DNA of 64,000 bases from a bacterium (GCA_043803945.1 JAZDJN010000098.1:26947-90946), one strand, 5' to 3'; shown: positions 11,690-21,215, counted from the first letter of the stretch. The notes: a model not told the origin generated them from the sequence alone. Translations and numbers: made by a program.

Positions 11690-11912
11690 TGTGAATGCCA
11701 AGTGCGGAATAGGGAATGCGGGATTATATATTTTGGACCATTGATCCATTGAACCATTAAATCATTGAATTAGTTATCGTTGATCTGTTTATTCCTAACA
11801 ATTCCCCATTCACCATTCGCAATTCCGAATTTCCACAATGCGGAATGTGGAATTTGGTATGCGGAAATCGGTTTAAAGAATTCCGCAATCAACATTTATC
11901 ATTCCAATTTTT
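11690..11912. repeat. Degenerate 7-8-mer simple repeats (AATGCGG/CCGCAAT-like) in both orientations
   Basis: aatgccaagtgcggaatagggaatgcggg; ccattcaccattcgcaattccgaatttccacaatgcggaatgtggaatttggtatgcggaa. Confidence 0.55.
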
Positions 11913-11915
11913 TTT

Positions 11916-11987
11916 GGCGCCGTACCCAAGTGGTAAGGGAGAGGTCTGCAAAACCTTTATGCGGCGGTTCGAATCCGCCCGGCGCCT
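11916..11987 (+). tRNA. tRNA-Cys (GCA)
   Basis: GGCGCCG...CGGCGCC acceptor stem, anticodon loop CTGCAAA, GGTTCGAATCC. Confidence 0.97.
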
Positions 11988-11991
11988 CAAA

Positions 11992-12183
11992 GAAATATGT
12001 AAATGAGGGAATGGGAAAATTGAGGAATTAGATAATTACAATCTAAAGGAAGTCGGGGAGTGAGGAAGAGAAGAACTAGAAATTTCTTCAGGCCTTAACG
12101 ATCATCTCATTCACCCCAACACTTCCACACTTCCACAATCCCACGTTTCCATATTCCTATATTCCCACCTTCCCATATTTCCC
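11992..12183. repeat. Purine-rich and pyrimidine-rich degenerate 8-mer arrays forming a loose inverted pair
   Basis: gggaatgggaaaattgaggaa...ggaagtcggggagtgaggaag versus cacttccacacttccacaatcccacgtttccatattcctatattcccaccttcccatatttccc. Confidence 0.5.
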
Positions 12184-12184
12184 T

Positions 12185-12270
12185 GCCGGGGTGGCGGAAC
12201 TGGTAGACGCACAGGACTTAAAATCCTGTGTCCTGCAAGGGGCGTGCGGGTTCAAGTCCCGCCCTCGGCA
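12185..12270 (+). tRNA. tRNA-Leu (TAA)
   Basis: GCCGGGG...CCTCGGC acceptor stem, anticodon loop CTTAAAA, long variable arm, GGTTCAAGTCC. Confidence 0.97.
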
Positions 12271-12312
12271 CGTTCTCACAAAGCAATACTCACAGATTTA
12301 TCAGACGAGATA

Positions 12313-12373
12313 GCGTGCGGGTTCTCAGCCGTAGGCTGATCCGCCTCTGGCTGAGAGTTCCGCCCTCGGCACG
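12313..12373 (+). repeat. Duplicated 3' end of tRNA-Leu (att-like direct repeat) interrupted by a 30-nt insertion
   Basis: GCGTGCGGGTTC[30 nt]GAGTTCCGCCCTCGGCACG versus tRNA GCGTGCGGGTTCAAGTCCCGCCCTCGGCACG at 12242-12272. Confidence 0.85.
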
Positions 12374-12740
12374 AAAAACGCCACTTTTGAAATTACGTCC
12401 TTGCATCAGACGTATTTTCTCGGTTAATTCTCTTTATCAATCAGGTCTCATCTGAAGATTCTGATCTCAATAGCACAACCACAACCGCAGCGGTTTGTAT
12501 GGGACATTATTCCACACATGTTCCAATATCCTATGATATATCCTTAAAGAGAGTGGACTGTCCGACTTGGATGACCTCCACGAGTAATACTATCGAAGGC
12601 CTATCTTTTTTTCCGATCGGGGAATACATGCATGTGTTTTATTCAAATTCGATCCCTTCTGGGGTGGTTCAACATTTTTCTTGTAAACTAAATAACCTCA
12701 GAATTCTACTGTACTGGGAATTCAAGTAACCTATAAAGAA

Positions 12741-14240
12741 GTGAGGTTCTTTATGGATATAATTAAGACTTACAGGTTAGCATTCATGATGTTGGCAGCT
12801 CTCTTGCTTACATCCGGCGCCTTCGCACAAGAGGATGAATATAAGAAGTGGCTCAAGAAGGAGCAGGAACAACTCCAGCAATTCAAGGATGCACGGGATA
12901 AGGAATTCACTGATTTTCTAAAACAGCAGTGGAAAGAATTTCAATCCTTTAAGGGAATCGTCCCTGATGACATTCCCAAACCAACCAAGATGCCGATCTT
13001 CAAGCGCACAAAGCCTGAGGTGAGGGACAGCTCAACGAAGAAGGTCGAGATAAAGGAAATTCCTCAGCAGAGAGATCAGGAGGAAGCCACCAAACAACCC
13101 GCTCCGCAACCACAGCCACAACCGGAAGAGAAGAAATCTCAATTCACCATTGATCTGACTTTTTTCGGCGTTCCCATTACTCTACCGCACGACATTGCCA
13201 CCAGGCCAACACTGGCAACCCCCATTAATGAGAAATCGATAAGCGATTTTTGGGCGGCACTGAGCCGTATGAGCTATGAAAGCCTTCTTGCACAAGCGCA
13301 GAATGAAAGAGTCAATCGCAAATTAAACGATTGGGGTTATATCCTGCTTCTCAATCGCATCGGGCGAAGCCTGTTCAACAATGCCCGGAACGAAGCGGTG
13401 CTCTTCGTCTGGTTCATGTTATCAAAATCGGGTTTCGACACTCGACTGGGCTACCAGGGCGATTTTGTTCATCTGCTCCTTCCTACACCTAATATGCTCT
13501 ATCAGGTAAGTTACTTTGAGCTTGGCGGTACGAATCGCTACTACGCTGTGCAGCTTGATCCATCAGATCAACCATTCAAGGGAGCGATCTATACCTACGG
13601 TAAGAAATATCCCGGTGCGGAAAAATCTGCCGATTTTTGCGTCAAGAGTGCACCGTACTTAAAGAATCAGATCAAGGAGCGAACTCTCAAGTTTACCTAT
13701 GGTAGTAAGGAATACACCCTGCAGACAAAGGTGAGCCGAGATGCGGTTGATTTCTTTTGGGAGTACCCACAAACGAATTTTGAGATTTATTTTTCTGCCA
13801 CTCCCTCCAAGGAATTCATGCAATCTCTTCTCAACCAGCTCACACCGTTAGTCGAAGGGAAGACAGAGTGGGATGCCGTGAATATGATTCTCCGTTTTGT
13901 TCAAACGGCCTTCGAGTATAAAACAGATCCCGATCAGTTTGGCAGGGAAAAGCCGCTCTTTCCCGATGAAACAGTATACTATCCCTTCTCAGATTGTGAA
14001 GATCGGGGTATTCTTTTTGCGTATTTGGTGCGAACGCTGTTAGGATTAACAGTTGTCGGCCTCGATTATCCCGGGCACATTGCAACCGCTGTGCTCTTTA
14101 GCACACCGGTGGAAGGGGATTCGATTATATTTCAAGAAAAGCGCTTTACGATCTGCGATCCGACGTACATCAATGCAGATGTGGGAAGATGTATGCCCCA
14201 ATTTAAAGGAGTGAAACCAGAAATTATTATCATTCAATAA
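12741..14240 (+). CDS. Exported protein with C-terminal transglutaminase-like (Cys-His-Asp) domain
   Basis: Signal peptide ending AFA|Q; SDCEDR...YPGHIATAV...CDPTYINA; start may be ATG 12753. Confidence 0.65.
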   Translation: MRFFMDIIKTYRLAFMMLAALLLTSGAFAQEDEYKKWLKKEQEQLQQFKDARDKEFTDFLKQQWKEFQSFKGIVPDDIPKPTKMPIFKRTKPEVRDSSTKKVEIKEIPQQRDQEEATKQPAPQPQPQPEEKKSQFTIDLTFFGVPITLPHDIATRPTLATPINEKSISDFWAALSRMSYESLLAQAQNERVNRKLNDWGYILLLNRIGRSLFNNARNEAVLFVWFMLSKSGFDTRLGYQGDFVHLLLPTPNMLYQVSYFELGGTNRYYAVQLDPSDQPFKGAIYTYGKKYPGAEKSADFCVKSAPYLKNQIKERTLKFTYGSKEYTLQTKVSRDAVDFFWEYPQTNFEIYFSATPSKEFMQSLLNQLTPLVEGKTEWDAVNMILRFVQTAFEYKTDPDQFGREKPLFPDETVYYPFSDCEDRGILFAYLVRTLLGLTVVGLDYPGHIATAVLFSTPVEGDSIIFQEKRFTICDPTYINADVGRCMPQFKGVKPEIIIIQ

Positions 14241-14298
14241 TTCGCTGATTCCTAAATTCACTAATTCTCGTGTCTCATCATCACATATTGGAGGTACC

Positions 14299-14862
14299 AT
14301 GCGAACGCTCAATTATCTTCTCTCTGTTCTCTTTATTGGCATAACAATGATTGGTTGCGCCAGTTCTACTGGTGGTGGAGGAGATGTACCAGATTGGTTT
14401 TTAACTCCCCCTGATGATCCGAATTTCTGGTATGCACCAAATTCCCAGGTGTCCGCGGATATGCAGCTTGCTCTTGATAAAGCCGTCCAGGGCGGTCGAA
14501 CTGAAATAGGCAGGAAGGCCGAAGTGCTTATCCAGGGATTACAGAAGAGGTTTACAGAAGAGACTGGAACCGTGGGTAATTCACAATTGCTCGATATGTT
14601 TACCCAGGCCAGCAAAACTGTGGTGAACACTTCACTTTCTGGTAGTCGTATTGCAAAGCAAAAGATCATGAAAGAAGGAAACGGCTGGCGCGGCTATGCA
14701 CTCGTTGAATACGCTGTTGGTGCTGCAAGGGAAGCAATGATGCAGCAAATAAAGAACAACGAGCAATTGTACACCCGCTTCAGACAGACACAAACCTTCA
14801 AAGAACTCGATGAAGAAGTCAAAAAGTTCGACGAGTTCAAGAAGAATCAGAAACAGCAATAA
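14299..14862 (+). CDS. LPP20-like lipoprotein
   Basis: Lipobox MIGC; VPDWF...LALDKA...GRTEI pattern; GGAGG RBS. Confidence 0.65.
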   Translation: MRTLNYLLSVLFIGITMIGCASSTGGGGDVPDWFLTPPDDPNFWYAPNSQVSADMQLALDKAVQGGRTEIGRKAEVLIQGLQKRFTEETGTVGNSQLLDMFTQASKTVVNTSLSGSRIAKQKIMKEGNGWRGYALVEYAVGAAREAMMQQIKNNEQLYTRFRQTQTFKELDEEVKKFDEFKKNQKQQ

Positions 14863-14871
14863 CATACCGTA

Positions 14872-15609
14872 ATGAAATGGTGTCGTATAGCCATTGCTGC
14901 CGTTATCCAATGTGCTATTCAGACCGCATCCGCACAGGAGTATCCCGCCTGGTTTCTTAACCAGGGGGTACTCAGGTGTGGCAGGACTGTTGTTGGTTTT
15001 GCTAATACTGCGTTTTATAAAGACTCGGCAATCGCATTTGCGCTTCGGAACGGTGCCGAAGATGCTGGACGCATGGCAAAAACCAAGATCCAAGGTGGGC
15101 AGATATATTGGTCTACTGAAGGCGGCACATTCTGGATGGGAGCTGATTTCCGCGAGCAGTTTGACAGTTCTGCTGCCCAGACCGCTCTCACCTCGTTTAC
15201 TCCAATCGATACATTTATTTCCTCCTCCCTCGTTCTTGTTCTCTTTGCTAATGCACCCTGCGAACTTGACGTTGCGCTACGTTCTCATGGACGAATCAAT
15301 GCACGTGCCCCATCGTGGACGGAAACTATTCCCCGCGATACAAATTATCTTTATGCTGTTGGCATTGCACCGGAGTACTATTATGAGATAAGCTCATGGA
15401 GGGAAGCGGAACGAATTGCTCGAAGGAATTTAGCTGGAAATGTTCATATTAAGATTCGAGCTCTGCAGAAATTAACCGCATATGAAGGTCAGGACATTCG
15501 CCATGAGGAGATCTCTGTTACCCTGAAGGATATTCAAGTGGTAGCACGATGGAGAGATCTTGGCAAAAAGATATTCTACGTACTCATTCGAATGCCCAAT
15601 GCACCATGA
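14872..15609 (+). CDS. Exported protein with two LPP20-like segments
   Basis: Signal peptide ASA|Q; YPAWF and APSWTE...YAVG...AERIARRNLA repeats. Confidence 0.55.
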   Translation: MKWCRIAIAAVIQCAIQTASAQEYPAWFLNQGVLRCGRTVVGFANTAFYKDSAIAFALRNGAEDAGRMAKTKIQGGQIYWSTEGGTFWMGADFREQFDSSAAQTALTSFTPIDTFISSSLVLVLFANAPCELDVALRSHGRINARAPSWTETIPRDTNYLYAVGIAPEYYYEISSWREAERIARRNLAGNVHIKIRALQKLTAYEGQDIRHEEISVTLKDIQVVARWRDLGKKIFYVLIRMPNAP

Positions 15610-15626
15610 ATCCATAAGGTGATGCT

Positions 15627-17201
15627 ATGAAAACACTCCCTTTTTTACTCCTCATTCCCATGCTTCTGTTTAGTCAAAGGCCAGACTGGGTAGGTTCAAC
15701 AGGCAAAAGCATACGGTATCCAAATCAACTCTACCTGACAGGGTTTGGACTCTGCAAAGTTAATAAGGAGTTCGATCAGACAAAGAGTATGCAGCGTGCG
15801 TTGAGCGATGCACAAGGAAACCTCATACAAAGCATCAGAGTAAACATTCAAAGCACCGTTGGATCGACGGTGATTGAACGGGAATCAAAAATCTCTTCCT
15901 ACTTCAGTAACGCGACACAATCTTCATCGACAATGGAACTTCAAGGACTGGAGTCGGAAACCTACTACGATGATGACGACGAGGTGTCCCTTGCGCTTGC
16001 CTTTATCTCGCGAAGCAAGACTACTTCTATTTATCGTGAGAAAGAAAAGTCGATCCAGAAAGAAATCCGGCAGCATCTCGATGCTGGAAAACGGTTTGAG
16101 GAGCAGGGTGAGAGGACGAAAGCGCTCAATGAGTACCAGGCATGCTTTCCGTTTTTCTTACAGCTCCAGGAGGCACAGGCTATTATCATGGTGGCAAGCA
16201 CTGCAATTGACAAAGGGATGAATGAGCTCGAAGGTCAAGTCGAGAAGGATGAGGTAAATAAATCGACAGTCCAGGAAGCGATCGATCGTTTAAAAGCAAA
16301 ACCGATCAATTCACCCGAGGATCTTGCTTGGTACCTTGCCGATGGATTACATGAGCAAAGCGATCTGAGATCAGCATCGGTACTGGTGTACCCATTTGTC
16401 TATCAAGACACAAAGATTGGAAGCCCTTTTTCCCGGTACTTCAAAAACGTTCTGGAAAGCAAGTTAGTGGAGGTGGCAAAATGGACACCCGTGCAACAGC
16501 TCGAGGTAGACAAGCCGAGGACGCGGAATATCACGCTGGAGAGCGCCAAAGCCTCCGATGCTGAATATATTGTGAAAGGATCGTACTGGATTCAGGAACG
16601 CGGCATAAAATTAATCGTCTCGCTCCTGCGTATCCAGGATGGAAAAATTGTAGGCAGTGTTGAGAAAGTCGTTAGTGATTCTACGCTTAAAAATACCGGG
16701 CAGAGCCTAATGCCGCCAAATCTTGAACAAGCTCTTGCCGATGAGAAGAAGCTCGCTCAGGGTGAAGAGGCTGGTGCGGGCTTAACTATCGATGTTTGGA
16801 CGAACAGGGGAGCAGAGGATCTCGTCTTCACAAAGGGCGATAGGATGCGTGTGTTTGTGCGTGTAAATCTTCCCTGCTACATCCGCTTCATCTATCATCT
16901 CGCTGATGGAAAGCGTACGGTTCTCGAAAGAAATCACTATATCGACGAATCGAAAGTGAACAAAGAGTATCATTCGCCTCAGTGGGAATTCGAGTGCGAT
17001 GAGCCCTATGGAGTCGAGCGTCTGCAGGTTTTTGCCAGCACTGAGGAGTTCTCTCCGATCGAGACAGAGTACATAAACGGTTATTACTATCTCAAAGAAG
17101 ACCTTGGTGATTTTCTTCTGAAGCAACGCGGGATGAAGAAAGTGAAGAAGGGAGTGATGAATACGGAGGCTCGTTTGGCGGTGACAACAATGGAGAGGTA
17201 G
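15627..17201 (+). CDS. Exported LPP20-like + FlgO/CsgG-like + DUF4384 domain protein
   Basis: RPDWV...YLTGFG N-terminus; VLVYPF...AEYIVKGSY central domain; IDVWTNRG...FTKGDRMRVFVRVN...YIRFIY...EPYGVERLQVFAS C-terminal DUF4384-like domain. Confidence 0.6.
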   Translation: MKTLPFLLLIPMLLFSQRPDWVGSTGKSIRYPNQLYLTGFGLCKVNKEFDQTKSMQRALSDAQGNLIQSIRVNIQSTVGSTVIERESKISSYFSNATQSSSTMELQGLESETYYDDDDEVSLALAFISRSKTTSIYREKEKSIQKEIRQHLDAGKRFEEQGERTKALNEYQACFPFFLQLQEAQAIIMVASTAIDKGMNELEGQVEKDEVNKSTVQEAIDRLKAKPINSPEDLAWYLADGLHEQSDLRSASVLVYPFVYQDTKIGSPFSRYFKNVLESKLVEVAKWTPVQQLEVDKPRTRNITLESAKASDAEYIVKGSYWIQERGIKLIVSLLRIQDGKIVGSVEKVVSDSTLKNTGQSLMPPNLEQALADEKKLAQGEEAGAGLTIDVWTNRGAEDLVFTKGDRMRVFVRVNLPCYIRFIYHLADGKRTVLERNHYIDESKVNKEYHSPQWEFECDEPYGVERLQVFASTEEFSPIETEYINGYYYLKEDLGDFLLKQRGMKKVKKGVMNTEARLAVTTMER

Positions 17202-17242
17202 GATTGTAAGAGTGTGAGAGTGTAAGAGTGTATGAGAGTAAG

Positions 17243-17290
17243 ATCCCCTGAGCGAGCCAGTCATTGGGCGAGTCGAAGGGGAGGGGGAGA
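17243..17290 (+). repeat. Intergenic repeat ATCCCCTGAGCGAGCCAGTC(A/G)TTGGGCGAGTCGAAGGGGAGGG, copy 1
   Basis: Near-identical copies at 26861-26904 and 26924-26971, each just after a stop codon. Confidence 0.85.
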
Positions 17291-17604
17291 ATGGGAGACG
17301 GGGTGAGTGGAAGTAAGAAGTATTAGAGTAGAAAGTAGGAAGTATCTAGATTGCAGGTGGGAGAATGCAGATAGCAGGCGGAAGATTGACGATTGGAAGT
17401 AACCAGGGAATTTGAATATTCCCGAAACGTCCATCTCTATTCACAGAATCGAGATGAGACATCGACCTGTTATATAAAACAGATTTTGTTCAAGCTATCA
17501 ACTATCTCCCCCTTTCCACGGATTCAGATTGAAAAGGGGGAGAGAAGAAGTGGATCTCTAAGGAACGCAACGGAAAAAGTGAAATGGGGAAAAAAGAAAA
17601 GCTC

Positions 17605-17914
17605 TGACTCAATCCCCCAATCGGGGTTGTCTCAAAAGAAAAAACATAGGGCGTCACGAACCACTTCGTGACGCAAAATGCGGATTACATTCAGATTTCA
17701 TGTGTCACGGTGTGCCTGCCCCGTGTTTTTTGCGGGGGACCGTGACACCCTTGGCGTACTTTTTAGTTACCCCCATATATTGGAATGGTCGGTATGATAG
17801 TCTCATCCCACTGTAATAAATCAAAGACTATACTCCCCTTCTCTTGACAAAGAGAAGGGGTGAGCCTGCCCCGCCATTTATCGATCTTAAAATAGAAAGG
17901 CGGGGGGATGAGTC
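17605..17914. mobile_element. Composite MITE-like element (TGACTCA...TGAGTCA shell containing a GGGGTTGTCTCAAAA...TTTTAGTTACCCC element)
   Basis: Termini shared with copies at 23298, 28640, 32301, 33892 and 36745; 17821-17914 nearly identical to 40297-40392. Confidence 0.6.
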
Positions 17915-18008
17915 AGAAAAAAAGAAAGCCACCCATCCCCAACTCTCAAGCTGCGGGAATTTAGCATACAACTATGATAGGCTTTCGACTATAAAAGGAG
18001 AAAGTAAT

Positions 18009-19460
18009 ATGAAAATTACTGCTCTGGCATTTTTGATTCTTATAATCATTTATGCTCATTGCTTTGCTCAACAGAGAGGGATGAAATCCTTTCAGGAGAA
18101 TAATTCTGAGCAGCGCATTGCTCTTGTTATTGGCAACGGTAGTTACCGCGAGGCGCCGCTTGTAAATCCCCCCAATGATGCTCGTGCGATAAGCAGTACT
18201 CTTCGTACGCTTGGATTCACCGTGATCGAAAAGCTCAATGTAAATCAGGAGCAGATGGAAACCGCCATTGGTGATTTTGGTAACCGGCTTAGAAGGGGTG
18301 GTGTCGGGTTGTTTTACTACGCGGGTCACGGCGTGCAGGTTAACGGCCAAAACTTTCTCATCCCGATTGGCGCTGCAATAAACAAAGAGACCGAGGTGAA
18401 GTATAAGGCGGTTGATGCGGGACTTGTGCTTGCGCAGATGGAGGATGCAAGGAACAGGCTAAACATTGTTATTCTCGATGCCTGCAGAGATAATCCTTTC
18501 TCCAGAAGCTGGAGGTCTTCCACGCGTGGTTTGGTAAGCGTTGATGCGCCAAAGGGGACAATCATTTCGTACGCAACTGCACCCGGCAAAGTAGCGAGCG
18601 ACGGTGATAGAGGCAATGGACTCTATACGGAGCGGCTGCTTTATTATATCAAGCAACCCGGATTGGCAATTGAGGAGGTCTTTAAAAATGTTCGGCGCGA
18701 CGTGCAGAGACGGACAAACGAAGCTCAAACACCGTGGGAACAATCATCGCTCACGGGAGATTTTTATTTTGTTGCCGGTACCGGTGAGGCTCCGAAAAAA
18801 CAGCAAGAAATTGTCTCAGAACCTGAGAAGATAACTGCGACTCCCGATTTTGGTGTCGATATGGTGTATGTAGATGGTGGTACATTTACAATGGGGAGTA
18901 ACGATTATGATGATGAAAAACCACCTCATCAAGTTACTGTGCGAAACTTTTCCATTGATAAATATGAAGTGACCGTTGCGAAGTTTAAGCAGTATTGTCA
19001 AGCGACTAACCGATCAATGCCCGCAGCTCCATCGTGGGGTTGGAACGATAATGATCCTGTTGTGAATGTAAGTTGGGAAGATGCAAATGCCTACGCAAAG
19101 TGGGCGGGGAAAAGATTGCCAACTGAAGCGGAGTGGGAATATGCGGCAAGAGGAGGCAACAAGAGCCGTGGATTTAAATATGCCGGAAGTGATGATGAGA
19201 ATACTGTTGCTTGGAATACGAATAATTCTGGTAGCAAAGTACATCCTGTTGGCGGCAAGTATCCAAATGAACTCGGCATCTATGATCTTAGCGGTAATGT
19301 ATGGGAGTGGTGCAGTGATTGGTATGTATCATATCCTTCTGGTTCACAAACGAATCCAACAGGTTCCATTAGTGGCCAGAACCGTGTGTTGCGGGGCGGT
19401 TCGTGGAACGGCGATTCGAGCGTCCTCCGGGCGGCGAATCGCGTCGGGAGCACACCCTGA
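18009..19460 (+). CDS. DGR target 1: signal peptide + caspase-like (C14) protease + FGE-sulfatase/CLec domain; stop/frameshift inside VR1 (corrected end 19509)
   Basis: AAAGGAG RBS then MKITALAFL; YYAGHG...ILDACR dyad; RLPTEAEWEYAARGG, LSGNVWEWC, RVLRGGSW; terminal NGFRCSLDIK lies in the +1 frame. Confidence 0.9.
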   Translation: MKITALAFLILIIIYAHCFAQQRGMKSFQENNSEQRIALVIGNGSYREAPLVNPPNDARAISSTLRTLGFTVIEKLNVNQEQMETAIGDFGNRLRRGGVGLFYYAGHGVQVNGQNFLIPIGAAINKETEVKYKAVDAGLVLAQMEDARNRLNIVILDACRDNPFSRSWRSSTRGLVSVDAPKGTIISYATAPGKVASDGDRGNGLYTERLLYYIKQPGLAIEEVFKNVRRDVQRRTNEAQTPWEQSSLTGDFYFVAGTGEAPKKQQEIVSEPEKITATPDFGVDMVYVDGGTFTMGSNDYDDEKPPHQVTVRNFSIDKYEVTVAKFKQYCQATNRSMPAAPSWGWNDNDPVVNVSWEDANAYAKWAGKRLPTEAEWEYAARGGNKSRGFKYAGSDDENTVAWNTNNSGSKVHPVGGKYPNELGIYDLSGNVWEWCSDWYVSYPSGSQTNPTGSISGQNRVLRGGSWNGDSSVLRAANRVGSTP

Positions 19461-19500
19461 TACCGGACTCTACTATAACGGTTTTCGATGTTCCCTGGAC
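19377..19500 (+). repeat. DGR variable repeat VR1
   Basis: Aligns to TR 20937-21059 with ~22 substitutions at TR adenines, one non-A mismatch, a 1-nt insertion near 19458-19470, and the terminal CTGGAC vs CAGGTC difference. Confidence 0.95.
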
Positions 19501-19550
19501 ATTAAGTAACACTTTTTGCTGTTAGCCTTTTACACTTGGGTCGAATAAAA

Positions 19551-19892
19551 ATGGCTGAAAAAGAGGATGTACTTACCAAGACGTACGATCTGCTTTTATA
19601 CCTTATCCCTCAGCTTGAGAAGTTTCCAAGAGCCCAGAAATTTCTACTTGCTGATCGAATCGAGTTGAAAGTCCTCGATATTTTAGAACGGTTACTTGAG
19701 GCATACTATTCCCCTCCAGATGCTAAGATGGTACCATTAAAGAAAGCAAATATCGAGATTGAGCAATTTCGCTACCTTGTTAGGTTGAGTCATGACCTGG
19801 GTTTCTTGAGTCATCAAAAATATGGTATCCTCAGCGAAAAGATTAACGAAGTCGGAAGAATGGTTGGAGGTTGGATCAAGTCGCTCAAATGA
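19551..19892 (+). CDS. avd: DGR accessory variability determinant (four-helix bundle)
   Basis: KTYDLLLYLIPQLEKFPRAQKFLLADRI...EVGRMVGGWIK; ATGA overlap with the RT gene. Confidence 0.93.
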   Translation: MAEKEDVLTKTYDLLLYLIPQLEKFPRAQKFLLADRIELKVLDILERLLEAYYSPPDAKMVPLKKANIEIEQFRYLVRLSHDLGFLSHQKYGILSEKINEVGRMVGGWIKSLK

Positions 19893-21037
19893 AAACTCAT
19901 AAGAACTTGTATATGAAACTTTGTTCGTTTGAGAATTTACTTCTTGCCTCAAGGAAAGCGAGACTCGGTAAGCGAATGAATACCGATGTCGCTCGATTCG
20001 AGATCAACCTCGAACATGAGCTTGTGAATCTTGCAAAGGATCTCCAGGATCAATCATATCGACCTGGAGAATACCGTGAGTTTATCATCTCTGAGCCAAA
20101 GAAGCGCATGATCAGTGCCGCGCCTTATCGAGATCGAGTGCTTCATCATGCCCTATGCAATGTCATTGAGCCAATCTTTGAGCGCACATTTATCTCAGAT
20201 AGTTATGCTAACCGTAAAGGTAAAGGGACACACAAGGCAATTCTGCGGTACTTGCAATTCGCCCAACACAACACGTATGCCCTGAAATGCGATATACAGA
20301 AGTTCTTCCCAAGCATCGACCATCAACTATTAAAGCAGAACATTCGAAAGAAAGTAGCTTGCAAGAAAACAATCTGGCTTATTGATACTGTTATCGATCA
20401 CAGCAACAGGCAAGAAGCTGTCTTGAATTATTATTCTGGTGACTCGCTGTTTACGCCATTCGAGCGTCGGAAAGGTTTGCCAATTGGGAACCTGACAAGT
20501 CAATTCTTTGCCAATGTCTATCTGAATCCACTGGATCATTTTATTAAGGAAGTACTGCAGTGCAAGCATTATATTCGGTATGTCGATGATTTTGTACTCT
20601 TCAGTGAAGAGAAACAGCAGCTTCAGCGGTGGAAAGAAGAGATAGAGTCATGGTTGGAATCACTGCGGCTAACGCTTCATCCAAAGAAGACGAGAGTGTT
20701 GCCTGTGAATGTTGGACTTTCATTCCTTGGGCATCGAGTTTTCCCGGAATTTCTTTTGCTCAACAAGGATAATGTGCTCCGGTTTAAGAGGCGATTGAAG
20801 AAGATGAGCGCTGGGCTTGTTTCAGGAAATGTTACCATGGAGCATCATCGATCTTCGATTGCTAGCTGGGAGGGGCATGCAAAGTTTTCAAATACCTATC
20901 GTCTTCGAAAAAAGATTTTTAGGGATGGATCCGAATCAGAACCGTGTGTTGCGGGGCGGTTCGTGGAACAACAAAACGAACAACCTCCGGACAACGAATC
21001 GCAACAGGAACACACCCGAAAACCGAAACAACAATAA
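19889..21037 (+). CDS. DGR reverse transcriptase
   Basis: KKRMISAAPYRDRVLHHAL, LKCDIQKFFPSIDH, GLPIGNLTSQFFANVYL (DGR-type), YIRYVDDF; no maturase or endonuclease domain. Confidence 0.96.
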   Translation: MKTHKNLYMKLCSFENLLLASRKARLGKRMNTDVARFEINLEHELVNLAKDLQDQSYRPGEYREFIISEPKKRMISAAPYRDRVLHHALCNVIEPIFERTFISDSYANRKGKGTHKAILRYLQFAQHNTYALKCDIQKFFPSIDHQLLKQNIRKKVACKKTIWLIDTVIDHSNRQEAVLNYYSGDSLFTPFERRKGLPIGNLTSQFFANVYLNPLDHFIKEVLQCKHYIRYVDDFVLFSEEKQQLQRWKEEIESWLESLRLTLHPKKTRVLPVNVGLSFLGHRVFPEFLLLNKDNVLRFKRRLKKMSAGLVSGNVTMEHHRSSIASWEGHAKFSNTYRLRKKIFRDGSESEPCVAGRFVEQQNEQPPDNESQQEHTRKPKQQ

Positions 21038-21059
21038 CGGTTTTCGATGTTCCCAGGTC
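20937..21059 (+). ncRNA. DGR template repeat (TR), overlapping the RT 3' end
   Basis: CAG AAC CGT GTG TTG CGG GGC GGT TCG TGG AAC AAC AAA ACG AAC AAC ... AAC AAC AAT AAC GGT TTT CGA TGT TCC CAG; ~42 adenines by hand count. Confidence 0.95.
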
Positions 21060-21215
21060 TTTCATCAAGCTGTTGCCAGAGCCTTCCTGTCGATCGACAA
21101 GAAGGGAGTGCAGCGGAAAGTCCAGGATCTGTTCCCGTGTTGGTGCAGTCAGCCAACCGAACACAAAGACCAATTCCGGCGCGGTTGGTAGCTTCGGCGA
21201 AGACCGTGCCGGAAT
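21060..21215 (+). ncRNA. Structured spacer downstream of TR (putative 3' part of the DGR RNA)
   Basis: 13-bp stem ATTCCGGCGCGGT/ACCGTGCCGGAAT (21173-21215, one G-U) around TGGTAGCTTCGGCGAAG; second imperfect stem GTGTTGG...CCAACCGAACAC. Confidence 0.6.

Noticed and set aside
17844-18008. N-terminal extension of target 1 from TTG 17844
   Set aside because: Runs through the repeat element; RBS and signal peptide begin at ATG 18009
18861-19440. FGE-sulfatase domains as true formylglycine-generating enzymes
   Set aside because: The region after RGGSW lacks the catalytic cysteine pair and is the DGR-variable segment; no sulfatase genes nearby
19081-19509. Separate 142-aa gene
   Set aside because: Only its last codons are meaningful, as the frameshifted tail of target 1
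19889-21037. RT as group II intron, retron or CRISPR-associated RT
   Set aside because: Short RT with LTSQ motif, adjacent avd and TR/VR pairs; no maturase, msr-msd or cas genes
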